Shown here: in pieces, positions 50,305 through 62,935 of the stretch
How positions within the stretch are numbered: position 1 is the first letter of the stretch
Layout: each line of letters starts with the position of its first letter
DNA from: Blastocystis sp. ATCC 50177/Nand II
Lineage: Eukaryota
DNA length: 64,000 nt
Assembly (NCBI GenBank): GCA_039096935.1
Contig: JBBPEE010000035.1
Span: 682,001 to 746,000, forward strand
Direction: 5' to 3'
Program-made: the position numbers and the translations under genes
Notes under the pieces: model-generated
Database searches by the model: none
Told to the model about the DNA's origin: nothing
Seen by the model: the letters and a program-made list of their open reading frames with translations, nothing else

Positions 50305-50693
50305 TTTAGATGATCGCTTTATTTTGTGTTTGTTCGTTGATGATGTGGATCCTGCTCTATTTCCCCCGTTAGCCCTCCCTCGATTCGACAATTCCTTTTT
50401 TACCCCTTCCCTTCCGTTATCTCCTCTCAATCCTTCTCTTTACAGCGAAATGCCTATCACAAATCACTGTGCGCGCACAGTGTGGTGCGAAACGCCCGCT
50501 CCTTGATCTTCAAGACTGCGGGAATTGGATTCACACGGAACATCTGCCCTTTCCCATCCCTTCAACAAGCAAGAATATTGTGTGACTAGCGTCTAAGGTA
50601 CGGCTCTTTTTTCCATTTGGATGGGCTCCGACGTCCCTTGCGGAACGGCAGTGCCACTGTCTCCTAGCTCCCATACTCATCGTCTTTGTAGAA

Positions 50694-51282
50694 ATGTTCG
50701 AAAAGGAAGTCGTGATTGATTGCCGTGGACACACCATGGGTCGTCTTGCCTCTATCGTGGCCAAGGAGCTCCTCTCTGGCCAGAAGGTGGTTTGCGTGAG
50801 ATGCGAGGACCTGAACGTCACCGGTTCGAGTATTGCTTTGCTGTAATTTGAGTAATGGAATAGTGATGAGAAACTTCATCCGCCGCAAGGCCTTCTTCCA
50901 CAAGAAGATGAACACCAACCCCGCTCGCGGTGCTTACCATGAGCGTGCTCCTTCCAAGATCTTCCAGCGTACCGTGCGCGGAATGGTGCCCCACAAGCTC
51001 CCTCGCGGAGGTGAGGCTCTGAGCCGTCTGCGCTGCTTCGAGGGTTGCCCCGCTCCCTATGATAAGGTGAAGAAGATGGTGGTGCCCGCTGCCTACCGTG
51101 TGTCGAATCTGAGGTCATTCCGTTGAGTAGCGATGAGGCATAGACCCGACCGCGCCTACGTGGTGCTGGGTGATCTGGCTCAGCGTTTCGGTTGGAAGCA
51201 CCAGGATCTGGTGAAGCGTCTTGAGGCGAAGAGACTGGCTGAGGCGAAGGAGTACTACCAGGCCAAGAAGACCTCTGCCTAA
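50694..51282 (+). CDS. RPL13A: 60S ribosomal protein uL13 (L13a)
   Basis: [52 protein letters not shown]. Confidence 0.96.
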
Positions 51283-51488
51283 GTTCTCATTGCTTCCTAG
51301 TCACACTACTTTGGGGTGTTTCTTCAATTCAAATCTGTCCTACACAGCATTCTTTGAGGGTGTAATCCTATTCTAAGCATTCCAGTGCCAAGCAACACAG
51401 TAGAAGCACAAGCGCAGTGGAGGGACAAGAATCACATGAAAGCAGAATCACACACAAACAAACACACAACCACTAAACCATGCTAAGT

Positions 51489-52975
51489 TTACATAAAGTC
51501 GTCGTCATCGTCTCCCATCTCCGCCAGATCCACCTTCCAACGAAGCAAACCGCCAATACCGCCGAAGCCTCTCACGAACTGCGATCCCTCCTGCGACTTG
51601 TTCGTCACAATCTCCAGCGTCGTGCCGAAGGACTTGTAGTTCTCCGCCAGCCACTCCAGGAACAGGTCCTTCTCCACCGTCTCCATGTCCTGTCCCGTCG
51701 TCGGGTCCTTGAAGTACGTCGAGTCGCGACACTGCTCCTCCGTCAGGTACAGCGTCTTCGTCGTGCCCGTCGACCCCTTCACCACGATGCGGTACACCGC
51801 CAGGTTCTCCCACACGATCAGCGTCTCCACCGCGCCCATCTCCAGACACTACTCCTCATATGATTTACCCACGCCCACCTTCAGCGTGTCGCTCACGCCG
51901 AAGCAGTACTTGCCCGTGTCGCGCGCCAGCTCGTCGAAGTACGTCGAGATCAGCTTCTTCTCCTGCACGAACTTGACGTTCGCCAGCGTGTCCGCCGACA
52001 GCTCGATCGCCTGGTTGAAGCCGTTGTCGCCGCCGTACGACACGTCCACGATCTTCACCACCGCGTTCTTGATACGCGGGTCCAGCATGTCTGCCCGTCA
52101 CGCCACCCGCACACGCCCACCCGATCCGTACACCTCCTCCTTCAGCTCGGCCGAACCCGCCAGCACGATGCCCGCCACGTTCACGCGCTCGTCCGAGATG
52201 AAGAACTGCACGCAGTGCTCGCACACCTTGCGCACGTAGTTGTGGCGCTTCTCCAGACGCAGACGCGCGAAACGCAGCGCCGACTGGCCGCCGCGGCCGT
52301 GCTTCTTGGGCAGGTCCACCAGGAAGCGATGCAGCACCGTGCGGCTGCTGCCGCTCACCGTGCCGAAGAGGGTGCCACTACCGTCCACCACCACGAAGCC
52401 GAAGGTGGAGTCGTCCTGCAGCAGCTCCTGCAGCGCCTCCGTGTGGAACTTGTTGTCGCACAGGTACAGCGAGGTGTTGATCGGGCGGAAGGGCTCGAAC
52501 GCGTAGGACATCTTCTTCTCCTTTCCCTCCTCGTTGATGCACGTTCCGCAGTAGATCACCAGACCGTTCGGAGGCACTTTCGTGAAACTACGTATCAGGT
52601 GTGGAGAGTGGAGCTACAGCTTCAGCTTCTGCTGCGTGGAGGTGATGGCGCCCAGCACGGAGAGTCTGTTCACGCGCGACTTGATGTTGGAGGCCGTTCC
52701 GTACTCGCCGACCAGCATGTTGGTGGAGTTGGCAATCTGGTCTGTGAGCAGCAACGCGCAACGCGTACCTGATCGCCCGGACGAATAATCAGGGAAATCA
52801 TCGACGTTCCGTTGCTACACGTAACGGAGGGAACGGAAAGACGGATACCCCTTCGCATTCTCCAGCGTTTTAATCAGCTTCTTAATTCTCCACATCTCCA
52901 CATTCTTCTCTTCCTGAGTCATTGACGCAAAGTCCTAGGGGGAATGAGTCTTGAACGAGTAGGGCATACTGGCAT
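51489..52975 (-). CDS. ETF1: Eukaryotic release factor 1
   Basis: [36 protein letters not shown]. Confidence 0.96.
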
Positions 52976-53264
52976 GGTGAATGAAACGGTGCTCTGTCAA
53001 GGGTTTGTGCCGATTTGCCATTCCACTCATGAATAGGAGTTCACCGCGGTTATTTGTGTGATAGTGAAAGGCGTGAATAAGGGAGGGTTAGGGGGGAGAA
53101 GGCTATGGAAAGGAGCGGCTGATGCGTGATCGAAGCGATGGGAGGAGGAAGGAGGAGAGTGATCTGCATGATCTCCATCTACTGTATGTGTAGTGCACTT
53201 ATATTCCGTTTTGCAACACCATTCCATATAGGGACACACCAGAATAAACCTCACCGAGAAGGAG

Positions 53265-54283
53265 ATGGTGAAGGCGAAACACCGTAGTGGTTGACCTTAC
53301 CATTCTCACCCCAAGGGAACTGGTACTTTCTGTTTTTGCGTGCATTGAACGTGGTTTGCATTGTGCTTTCGGTGCTGTCCCTGGTCATCATTCTGCTGGC
53401 GAAGAATGGCGTAGCAACCCTTTTGATCCAGTTCCGTGTAGATCTACTCTCGTTTGCTGTTTTCGAGTGCACTGATGATTTTGCGCATGTAGGCTCACTC
53501 GAAACACGGACTAAGGTGCAGCCCTCTCCTTGTCATTGTTCTCGTCTCCCTCGTGTGCATTTACATCATTACTCTCCAGAAGCAGTCGCGTCCGTGCATC
53601 ATTTCCATCGTATTGTGTGAAAAAGGTGTGTGAGGTAGTATTCCACCTGCTTGATCATCGGCATCATCACTGTGGGTGTGCAGCTCTCCTTCATGACGGA
53701 CATCATTGCCTCCCTCTCCATCCTCTATGTACGCTCTCCGTTTGGCTTTTAAGTAGAATGGCGGGAAGCCGGTGGAGACGGACATTATCATCGAGCAGGA
53801 GCAGCGGCTGAAGCGGATCATTCGCAAACCGGACTGGTTTCTTCTTTCCGTACGGCTCAGGGCTCGCATTCCACCTAGAACTACGCGAACTGCTGCGGGC
53901 TCGTGTCCACCGACGACCTGTTTGGAAACATCACGGAGTGGGAAAGTCGTGCCTGTTCCCTTCCCTCTCCCTCGAATTGCTCCTACGTGATTCCCATATC
54001 CTTGCTTTTCCCGCCTCGTTCTCCTTCACCACACGACATCATCCACGAACTCGATAGCGAGATTCTGGCGTTCTCTTTCAACATCATCGTGATGGTCATC
54101 ACGCTCGCCTTCAGTTCCTACTTTTTGCTGTGCTTCGGGAATGTCTTGTACGTGAGCGACGATGAGGAGGACGCTGTTGCGGCTGAACCGACAAGAGCGG
54201 AGGACTCACCCGTTGAGCCTTTGGATCTTCAATTCATTGAGCAAGCGGGGTTATTGTCTGCGGATTTTTCAGGACATGCGTGA
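53265..54283 (+). CDS. Tetraspanin-like membrane protein
   Basis: Several hydrophobic segments; NCCG motif and further Cys in the loop before the last TM segment. Confidence 0.5.
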
Positions 54284-54615
54284 GTTGTAATAGTAGTGTT
54301 GTGTTTGTTCAGTTATGGGTGGGTGTTTTGTTTTTTATTCGGGAGGTGCTAGGTGTTTTGATTTTACAGTCATGGGTTGTTTGGAGTCGTGATTCATGAG
54401 TCATGCATTGACTCCTTCCTTTCCCATTCTGAATTCACATATGGATTTCTACCCTCTTTGCTTCTTCACTAATACGTTGATTCCATCCCATCTCGCTTCC
54501 TTCACTATGACTCCAATCCCGCTTCTCACATACCATGTCGACTCTCACACCCACTCTTACAACTAACTATCTACACATCCCCCCTCCCAATTCACACATT
54601 CATTCCCCCCTCATC

Positions 54616-56232
54616 ATGCCACGCGAAATTGTTACAGTTCAGGTGGGACAGTGTGGAAATCAAAGTGGGAACCTCTAAAGTGACAGGTGATTTGAATAGT
54701 TGGGTTTGAATTCTGGAAAAAGCTATGCGCGGAACACGGAATCGGCAGCGATGGCATTTTGCAGGAGAATGCGGAGAGTGGACTCGACAGGAAGGATGTC
54801 TTCTTCTACCAAGTTTTTCGTCCTGTATGCTGCATAATCGGTAGGCAGATAACAGCCACTTTGTGCCGCGAGCCGTCTTATTCGATTTGGAACCCCGGGT
54901 TATCGATAGCATCAAGCAGTCCGAATATCGGGACTTTTATAACCCAGAGAATATGTAAGTCTTTTGCGAAGATGGATTCCATGTCCTAATTCCTTCTAGC
55001 TTCATCGGAGCCGACGGAATTGGCGCGGGAAACAACTGGGGTTCTGGATACGAACAGGGCCGCTCCTTCCGCGAGGAAACGATGGATATTCTGACGCGCG
55101 AAGCGGAGAATAGTGACAGTCTGGAAGTGGGTGCTCTTCTTTCAAATCACAAGTAGGGATTCATGCTGATGCACAGCATTGCCGGAGGAACGGGTTCGGG
55201 CATGGGATCGTTCCTGCTGGAGAATCTGAACGATGCCTTCCCCAAGAAGCTCATTCAAACCTATTCTGTCTTCCCAAATCTCGTAGCAATACTTTATACT
55301 CTCTATCGTAGGAAGGCGCTTCCGATGTCGTTGTTCAGGCGTACAACTCCATTCCTACCACGCGACGCTTGATTCAGTACGCGGACTCCGTGGTCGTTCT
55401 GGACAATGAGGCGCTGAACGCCATTGCCACCGATAGGCTGCATCTCTCCAACCCCACCATCTCGCAGGTGAACTCGATTGTTTCCACGGTAATGGCCGCT
55501 TCCACAGCCACCATGCGATATCCCGGGTAGGGATAGTGGCGGGAATTGAGATTAGCTACATGAACAACAATTTGATCGGTTTATTGGCTTCATTGATTCC
55601 GCAGCCACGGCTGCACTTCATCATGACTTCTTACACACCCTTCACCATCGATGATTCCGTGATGCTCATCGCGTTGTGTAATGCAAAGGCTGCTTCTGTG
55701 CGAAAGACGTCCGTCAATGATGTGATGCGTCGCCTTCTCCAAAACAAGAATCTGATGGTGAGCGTCAATACCCGCACTGGGCGTTACATTTCCATTGTGG
55801 ACATTATTCAAGGACTGGTCGATCCAATGGAGATCCACAAGAGCTTGCAGCGCATCCGAGAGCAGAATCTGCATCAATTCGTGCCTTGGGGTCCGACGAG
55901 CATCCAAGTGGCTCTGTCGAAGCCGAGTCCGTATCTGCAGAGCACGCACCGTGTGACGGGACTCATGATGGCGAATCACACCAGCATGGGAACGGTGCGT
56001 GCGGAGAAGTGGAATGATGGATAGTTGTTTGCCAAGCTGGCAAATCAGTTCGACCGGTCGTTCAAGCGGCGCGCGTACCTGCACAATTACACGGAGATTG
56101 AGACACTGAAGGATCTGACGGAGTTTGAGGAAAGCCGGTTGGCGTATGGTGCGTGCGTGAGGGGTAGGGGGATTGTGGGAGACACGATTGAGGAGTACCA
56201 GAAGGCGGAGAGTGCGAATTATGTGGAGACGT
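54616..56232 (+). CDS. TUBG1: Gamma-tubulin; stop possibly created by polyadenylation (alternative genomic TAA at 56259-56261)
   Basis: [56 protein letters not shown]. Confidence 0.95.
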
Positions 56233-56675
56233 GGTTGTGTTTGTTTGTGATGCGTGATTAAGGTATGCAAACAAACAGGGAAGAATCTCTCATGTGGACA
56301 CATTCTATGGTTCCTCACTATCCTTCGGTTACGCACTAGTCCCCACATAGGATTCCGGAATAGACGACGATGGAGATTGGCATCTCTGTTACAAATCCGT
56401 ATCCGATTCTCGTTCAATGCACTCATCCATGTACTCTCACTTCTTTTGGAGACTTCCACATCTCTTCTAACGAACTTCGCCTTCTCATCATCAAAAACGT
56501 AGGTCACTTCATACGAAGGCTGACCATTCCTCCTTCCCTTCTCATCAACGGATTCGATTCGAATTCTCCTTTCCACGAAAGACGGTATAGCGGCCATTCA
56601 ATTGTGTGGTGCTTAGGGTGATCGTCAATCCACTGAGGGTAAAGACAGAATGACCTCAGTTTATTTGATAGGAAA

Positions 56676-59600
56676 GGAATCCAAAAGTTGGGGAAAAAAG
56701 ATGGACAATGGGCTTGGCGAATTGGAGTCGATTTTGGTCACACGATGATTCCCCATAGTTCTCAATCTTTGGCTGAAACTCCCTTGCTTCCACGTTTAGA
56801 ACTGGGGAAACTTTTTGGATTTGGCATTTGGCAGCCAAAAAGCGAGGTGTGCCAAACAGCCAAATGCACGTACAGTGGTTTCCTTGATAAACAAGCACAG
56901 TGATCGATGGGATGGGAAGGTGAATAGGTTCAATCAGCATAGTCCATTGGATGAGGCTCAACTCCTGATAGCCCATACTGGCAACTGCTTGGTTGCGTTG
57001 GTGCATTCCTGATGAACTGTTTATTGCAAGAAACAGAGCTGCTATCACATTTATCACTACTCATACGTGCACTTGATGTTAAAAGAAGGCGTTTCATGTG
57101 ATCACATGAATCTCCGAAGCCATTTGTCATATTGTATCCGTCCGTTCAATAATCATCAAGGGCCTATGCGTTTCACGTTGAAATCAAGATGGATCACACC
57201 CTCAATCAGAATCTCAGATTCCTTCGTTCCTTCTGCATAGAACGCTATTTTGACAATAGTTAGATATAGACAATTCTATACTAGGGTTGTTCTCCAGTAT
57301 TACGCAAGACATAGCTGTTTCATTCCCCATTGATTGTTACGCCTCATTATCTACGCTGCATGGTGTACATGAGGTGAAGTGCATTTTGGCGCGCGCGGTA
57401 TCGTACTGCTATTTTGGTTGCGGTGTTTGTGAAATACCCGTGTTTAGTGCTGTTAGACCGTATCTCTGGCGGCAGATTGCACCATAAACTCATAAAAAAA
57501 CTATTAAGATGGACCAGAACAGGTACAACCCAGCACCGTACGATGAGGTCATGAACTACCTCGATGCTAATCCCATTGCCTTAACTGATGAACAGACAAC
57601 TCAGGTCGTTCAAAAGTATGAAGCAATGGCCGTGGTGTATTCTGATAACATGGATGGTAATGCTCTTGCACAAGTGATTGGTGGAGACATAACCCATCCT
57701 ATTATTAGAAAGAAGAAGAGAACCAAGAGAGAGTGTACAATCTGTCACAAACCAGTGTTCTATGAAGGAACTGTCTTTGAAGACCATTGCATTACTCGCC
57801 ACAAAGGCAAGAATACCCTCCTTATCAGGAATGTACAATTGATAGTGTGTAACTAACTTATAGCGTATCACTGACTATAACTCCCGCCTCTTGGCAAGAA
57901 TCGTGTCAGACATTGCGAATGATGTGAGTGATGTACATTATCGCTTCTATTGGGTAATGATTAGGAGGAAAGAGATGTACCTGAGCAAGCACCAATTGAG
58001 CACTTCTTTCCCAGACTTGTGGAGGACAAGAGAATGACAACGGTTATACTGCTGGCAAATGCATACTTGCCCATTTCCTTCGTTGATAATCAGTACTTCC
58101 GGTGGTTTCTGGACAGGAATGAGACGGCCTGGACGCCTGTTTCGAGCACCACAATTACGGGCGAGTGCTTGCCTAAGTGTGCAAAACTGGCACGTGACTA
58201 TGTGGCAATGCGTTTGAAAGGGAGAACCGCCTGTTTGATTATTGACGAAATGTTTAAGAATGACATGGCCTTCTACAACATATTGCTGTGCTCTACTGAT
58301 GAAGGGAATACGGGACAGACAAGTGTGGAACTGTACTTCTGGGATTCCATTGAATTGATGCAGGGAGACGCGGAGACTATTGGCATTCTCATTGGGGAAA
58401 CAATCAATCAGTTGAGAGAGCGAGGCATTACAGTCAACTCTTATGCTTCTGACAACTGCGCCACTATGAATGCGACAACACCAATTGCTTCTGCTGTGTG
58501 CCTGAAGACTCTGAGAAGGATTCCATGCGCATGCCATGCTTTCAACAACATCTTTCAAGCTATCATGAAGAAGGACTTCTTTAAGGGTGTGTGGGAAAAG
58601 GTAAGATCCATGGACGGTTGTTAGGAATAGGTAAATACAGTCAACACCTTGGTCAACACTCATCGATACTTGAAGAGAAGACTTCTTGAGCTCCAAGCAG
58701 ATCACCCAATGCAAGAGCCTGTATGGAGGGAAGAATGGAAGTGTTCCTTCTTTGGTAGGCCATTACCCATTGGATTAATAGTAGAGGACAATGCGAGACA
58801 GGGAGCCGAAGAAAGACTGGAAGAAATGCTGCAGGAGTATGAGAACAACAACACTGACTCCATGCCAGTCTTTTCGGAAGACTCGTCATCCAATGGGGAG
58901 GCAAAGAGACGCAGGGTTCAGAAGCCATACAAACTCCTCTCCTTTTGCGAAACCAGATGGCATAGCTGTCTGAGTGTGATGATCAGATTCTATTCCCTGT
59001 TTGATGCATTGAAGGCTCTTCAGGCAACATGCCAAGGTCGTAGACTGTCTGCTGATGAAAAGGCCTTCGAGAAGGCAATGAGAGCAGTTGAAAAGAGCGA
59101 TCTTGAAAAGGTCATTCTGTATCTCAGACCACTGGGACAAGCGATTGACTACTGTCAGAGTGATTCGGCTATCCATATGGATGTGATTCCAGTGTTCAAC
59201 GCCTTACTGAAGTTCTTTCGTGAGCATTCTTCGATGGAGATGGACTACTACACTGCTTTGGAAGACACGGTTTGTCCCATCACAGTGGAGGAGATCGAGA
59301 GTATTGTGCTAAAGAAGATGGAGATGTTCAAGTGCGAGTATCCGAGGCTTGAGTCATTGTTGAAGAACACGAGATTCCCTCCAACCCATGAATCACCGGT
59401 TGAAGAGAGTGCTATTCAACAGTTCGCTCAGTCCCTGGAGACAGAAACAAATCGTTTCTTCCGAGACTACTCTCCAACCGCAAGGATCAAGGCAGTGGAG
59501 GATCTCTATGGAGAAGCAGTGGAGTTTATCCATCTGCGTGGGAGAAGACGATACAAGCCTGTTTCCAGATACCTTCAGCAGCACAGTGCCACCTTCCCCA

Positions 59601-60044
59601 CCCTCTACCGCATTTACCAGTATCTTTTCTGCCAGCCGGCATCTTCTGCCGCGGTGGAAAGAAGCTTCTCTGTTCAGGGATGCTTCATGCTGGGCAGGCG
59701 AAACAGAATGAAGCAGACAACTATCAGAGATCTCATGATGATCAGAATGAATTGTCTGTTTCTGAAGAGAATTGGGGAAGAGGATCAGCTCATCCGCTAC
59801 ATAATGGATCATTCAAAAATTCAAGAGCAAAAGTGATGATTGTGTATGTACTATGTTTGTTTGAACAAGCAAGGAAATGGATCGAAAGCAAGACAATAGT
59901 AACATTTGCAGCAAAACGACTCACAAGAAATGGAAAGAAACAGCGAAGAAAAGAGTGACAAATATAGGGTCAATTTGGGAGTTTGGCAGCCAAAATTTGG
60001 CAGGTCATTTGCCATTTGGCAATTTGGCAGGACTTTTGGATTCC
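56676..60044 (+). mobile_element. Putative hAT-superfamily DNA transposon (~3.4 kb)
   Basis: 13-bp inverted repeats GGAATCCAAAAGT (56676-56688) / ACTTTTGGATTCC (60032-60044); subterminal TTTGGC repeats and TTTGGCAGCCAAAA at both ends; encloses a hAT-type transposase; no 8-bp TSD seen. Confidence 0.65.
57509..59836 (+). CDS. hAT-type transposase with N-terminal zinc finger, multi-exon
   Basis: CTICHK..HCITRH; LIIDE; ASDNCATM; RIPCACHAFN; CETRWHS; PASSAAVERSFS. Confidence 0.85.
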
Positions 60045-62935
60045 CAAAGGATGAGAACAGTGTGATTCCCTTCTTCTATTGAGTATTCTATGTTGTGAAT
60101 TGTCGAGTTTTCTTCTATAGGGGGTTGGCTGCATGACCAAACAAGGAATCGCTTGGATTGCTGATTCCGAATCCAGGGGTGGTTCCCTTTGTGGAAATCT
60201 CTTGTTCTTGTTTCAAGGAGTGATGTGCCACTCTTTCCTTATGAGACTGTGGGCGATTGACTGCTGCATTCCATTTCTTGTATCGATATCTGTTTGAGGT
60301 GAAGAAGGGTAACATATTTTGACGATTTCCAGGGCAAAAAGGAAGAGTTCTTCAATGGAATGAAGAAATGCAAATGGAATGGTGGATGGACGTCATTCCA
60401 TGTGCAGTACAAGAAGGACAACAACGAGATGATTGCGAAGGGGTGATGAGCTGTGGTTTGTTATGAGAGATAGTATTGCTTGTTTTGGAGTTATAGGAGT
60501 CGCCATGATAGCGGAATGGGGTTTGTTGGACGTATGCAACGGATGGCAGGCGGATGATCAGAATGGAGCCTTGAAGCAGTATGGTGTTTGCTTTTCCAAT
60601 GTGTACGTTCACGTAATAACAAGAATAGCTCTGGAGGAAGCGCGGTTGCTTTGCCTCCTAAATGCTCTTCCAAGGCACGAAGATACTCCGCTGACAGACA
60701 CAATAGATGACCAGCAATGCCAGCAATGCCAGCTAGAGGGTGCCAGATGCGAGAAGAACACATCGGACTCTACTTGTTGAACAGGATCGCCATTATACAA
60801 CCACACGCCAACTCCAGCACATCCGGGTAGCAGAAGCCCCTTCCTACTGGGATGCCGTGGAAGCCCTCCCACGTGATACGGCAACCCAACTGGTTGTGCA
60901 CGTGCACGTCTCACAATTCCAAACACGCCACTCCCTTCACTATCTCGCACTCTTCGTTCGATCCACCCTAGTGAGGTGTGTTGTGGGTCACACTTGAAGG
61001 GGAATGAGTTCTTCGTGGTCAGAGGGTGTTCCGAGGGATTTCTCGCTTGAGGCGTCAAAGACAGCTAAAACACCAGAAATGATACATTTGGGTTGCCTGT
61101 TGGTCTTGGCTTGGGGCGAGACCACGAACCACACTATGGCAGACGGGAGGGAATGGTACTCATGCCGTACGATCCGCTGTGGGTCGGGCAGTTGGCAGGA
61201 CTGCGGGACAGGACTGTGGAACCGGCGGCAGGCCCACGGGGTACTCGCTGTGCAAAGGCAGTATTCCTTTAGGCGGCAGCCCGAGGTTACCAAGAGTGAC
61301 ATACAGGAAAGAGAAACAGACTGAGAAGTGGGACTTGTGTAGTAGATCATTGGAATATGAAATGGAAGAGAAACACAATTGCTACTTAATGAATGAAACT
61401 CCCAACTGAAACGGTGAATGGGATATCTCAAATAATAATTGAACTATGAAAGGACGCGACGTTTATGATACAATTAGGTGGTGTGTTAACGAGAATACTA
61501 ACACTGTTCACTGCCTTTCCCCCACTTTCAGTAAGCAATACAACGTGTAATATCAATCCGTAGTTCCCAATGTGGATAGGTGCAGCCCGAACACTGTTAT
61601 TCCCGTAATAGTGTGCTCTTGATATCATCAACAGCTTACGAATTTCACTATCGATTGCGTTAACCCAGGTGAGATGGGAGCCGTGTTTTTAACCTGTTAT
61701 CGCGAAGACTTCGCACAGGCAATTGACACGTTTACTAAGAACAATCCCACATATAAAGTGTATGTAATAGGTGGGAGGAATGGGCTGCTGGTGACTATTA
61801 GGGACTTCTGAAACGTGCTCTTATTATCTGAAGAGACTGGGCGCTAGGAGCAACATCCTCTACATCCGTTTGTATATGGGCCAGTTGTATCTGTTTGCCA
61901 ACGAGTGTCCGGCATATGCAAACGAGGAGAACTGGAAAACATGCTTGGGAAGAGTATGTAATCGATACAATACTCTCAAGAGCCATGTGATCGGCATCAA
62001 GACGAGTAACGCGTTGTTCAGAATGAGTAGAAGGGACAAACCAACTCGGTACTGATGGGACATGGCTTTGACGAATAGTATCCTCCTTGTCCGTTTGGCA
62101 AAGTCCAATAGCGTTGTTGGGTCTTGCATGTTCTACTTCCGTGCTTTTGAATTGAATGTGAACGCGATGAAGCCATTGTATTCAATGCTGCACACTGGAA
62201 ACTTCGTTTTCGATAACGAGATCAAGAGTGCTCTCATTCCTTTTGGGAGAGAGAATAAGGAAGCGTATTCCTTGGTGTATTATGACAACACTTGTGATGC
62301 TTATGGTGTTTCAGCTGCTGAAGAGGTGGCTGAGCAGGATAGTAACTACATGTGATGGTCGATTGTGTGATGTGAAGAATAGTTACCACAGTACTCGTGC
62401 TCAGTTGATGGCATTCAAGGCAGCGATTAACTACACTTACTACGGCTGCTTCTTCCCTCCTTATCCAGTGGAGAGAGGCTATCTTCCTGACTTCAACAAG
62501 TTTGAATAGAAGTGGATGAGTGGGTTGAGAGAGTCGAAAGGCTGCTTGCGTTTGTTGGAAACACCTGCTTGTTGTCATGGAGGATGATCATCTCCTATTA
62601 CATAGTGAGAGAACATGCATCTAAAGTGCGCTTTCTGCTCGATGAAGGCGAGCCTTAGGGAATATAGCCAACAATAGCGTGAGGAACCGATGGAAATGGG
62701 TAGCTGTGATGTGGGGGCACAGCCTTGTTTCTCTCCATAACAGTAGGTTAGAATATGAAAAAAGCATTACTCGGGTGGGGTGTTTGCTATAAGGAATGGG
62801 GTGTGGGTTCAAGAGGGTGATGCACTTGAGATCGGGTTTTGGTGAGAAAAGGTGGAAAGATGGAAACGGAAACCCCTTTGTATGAAACTCCATATTCAGT
62901 GAGAATTCACTTTTTCTTTATTCTAACCATATATT

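Noticed and set aside
50490..50540. tRNA (Sec-like CTTCAA loop)
   Set aside because: No cloverleaf, T-loop GTTC or acceptor stem could be built
51489..52975. Variant genetic code or stop readthrough suggested by frequent in-frame stops
   Set aside because: Stops fall within ~30-nt introns; eRF1 has canonical TASNIKS and YxCxxxF motifs; TAA, TAG and TGA all end genes
53001..53011. GGGTTTGTGCC match to the pogo TIR upstream of eRF1
   Set aside because: Only 11 bp, with no partner repeat or TA junction; probably chance
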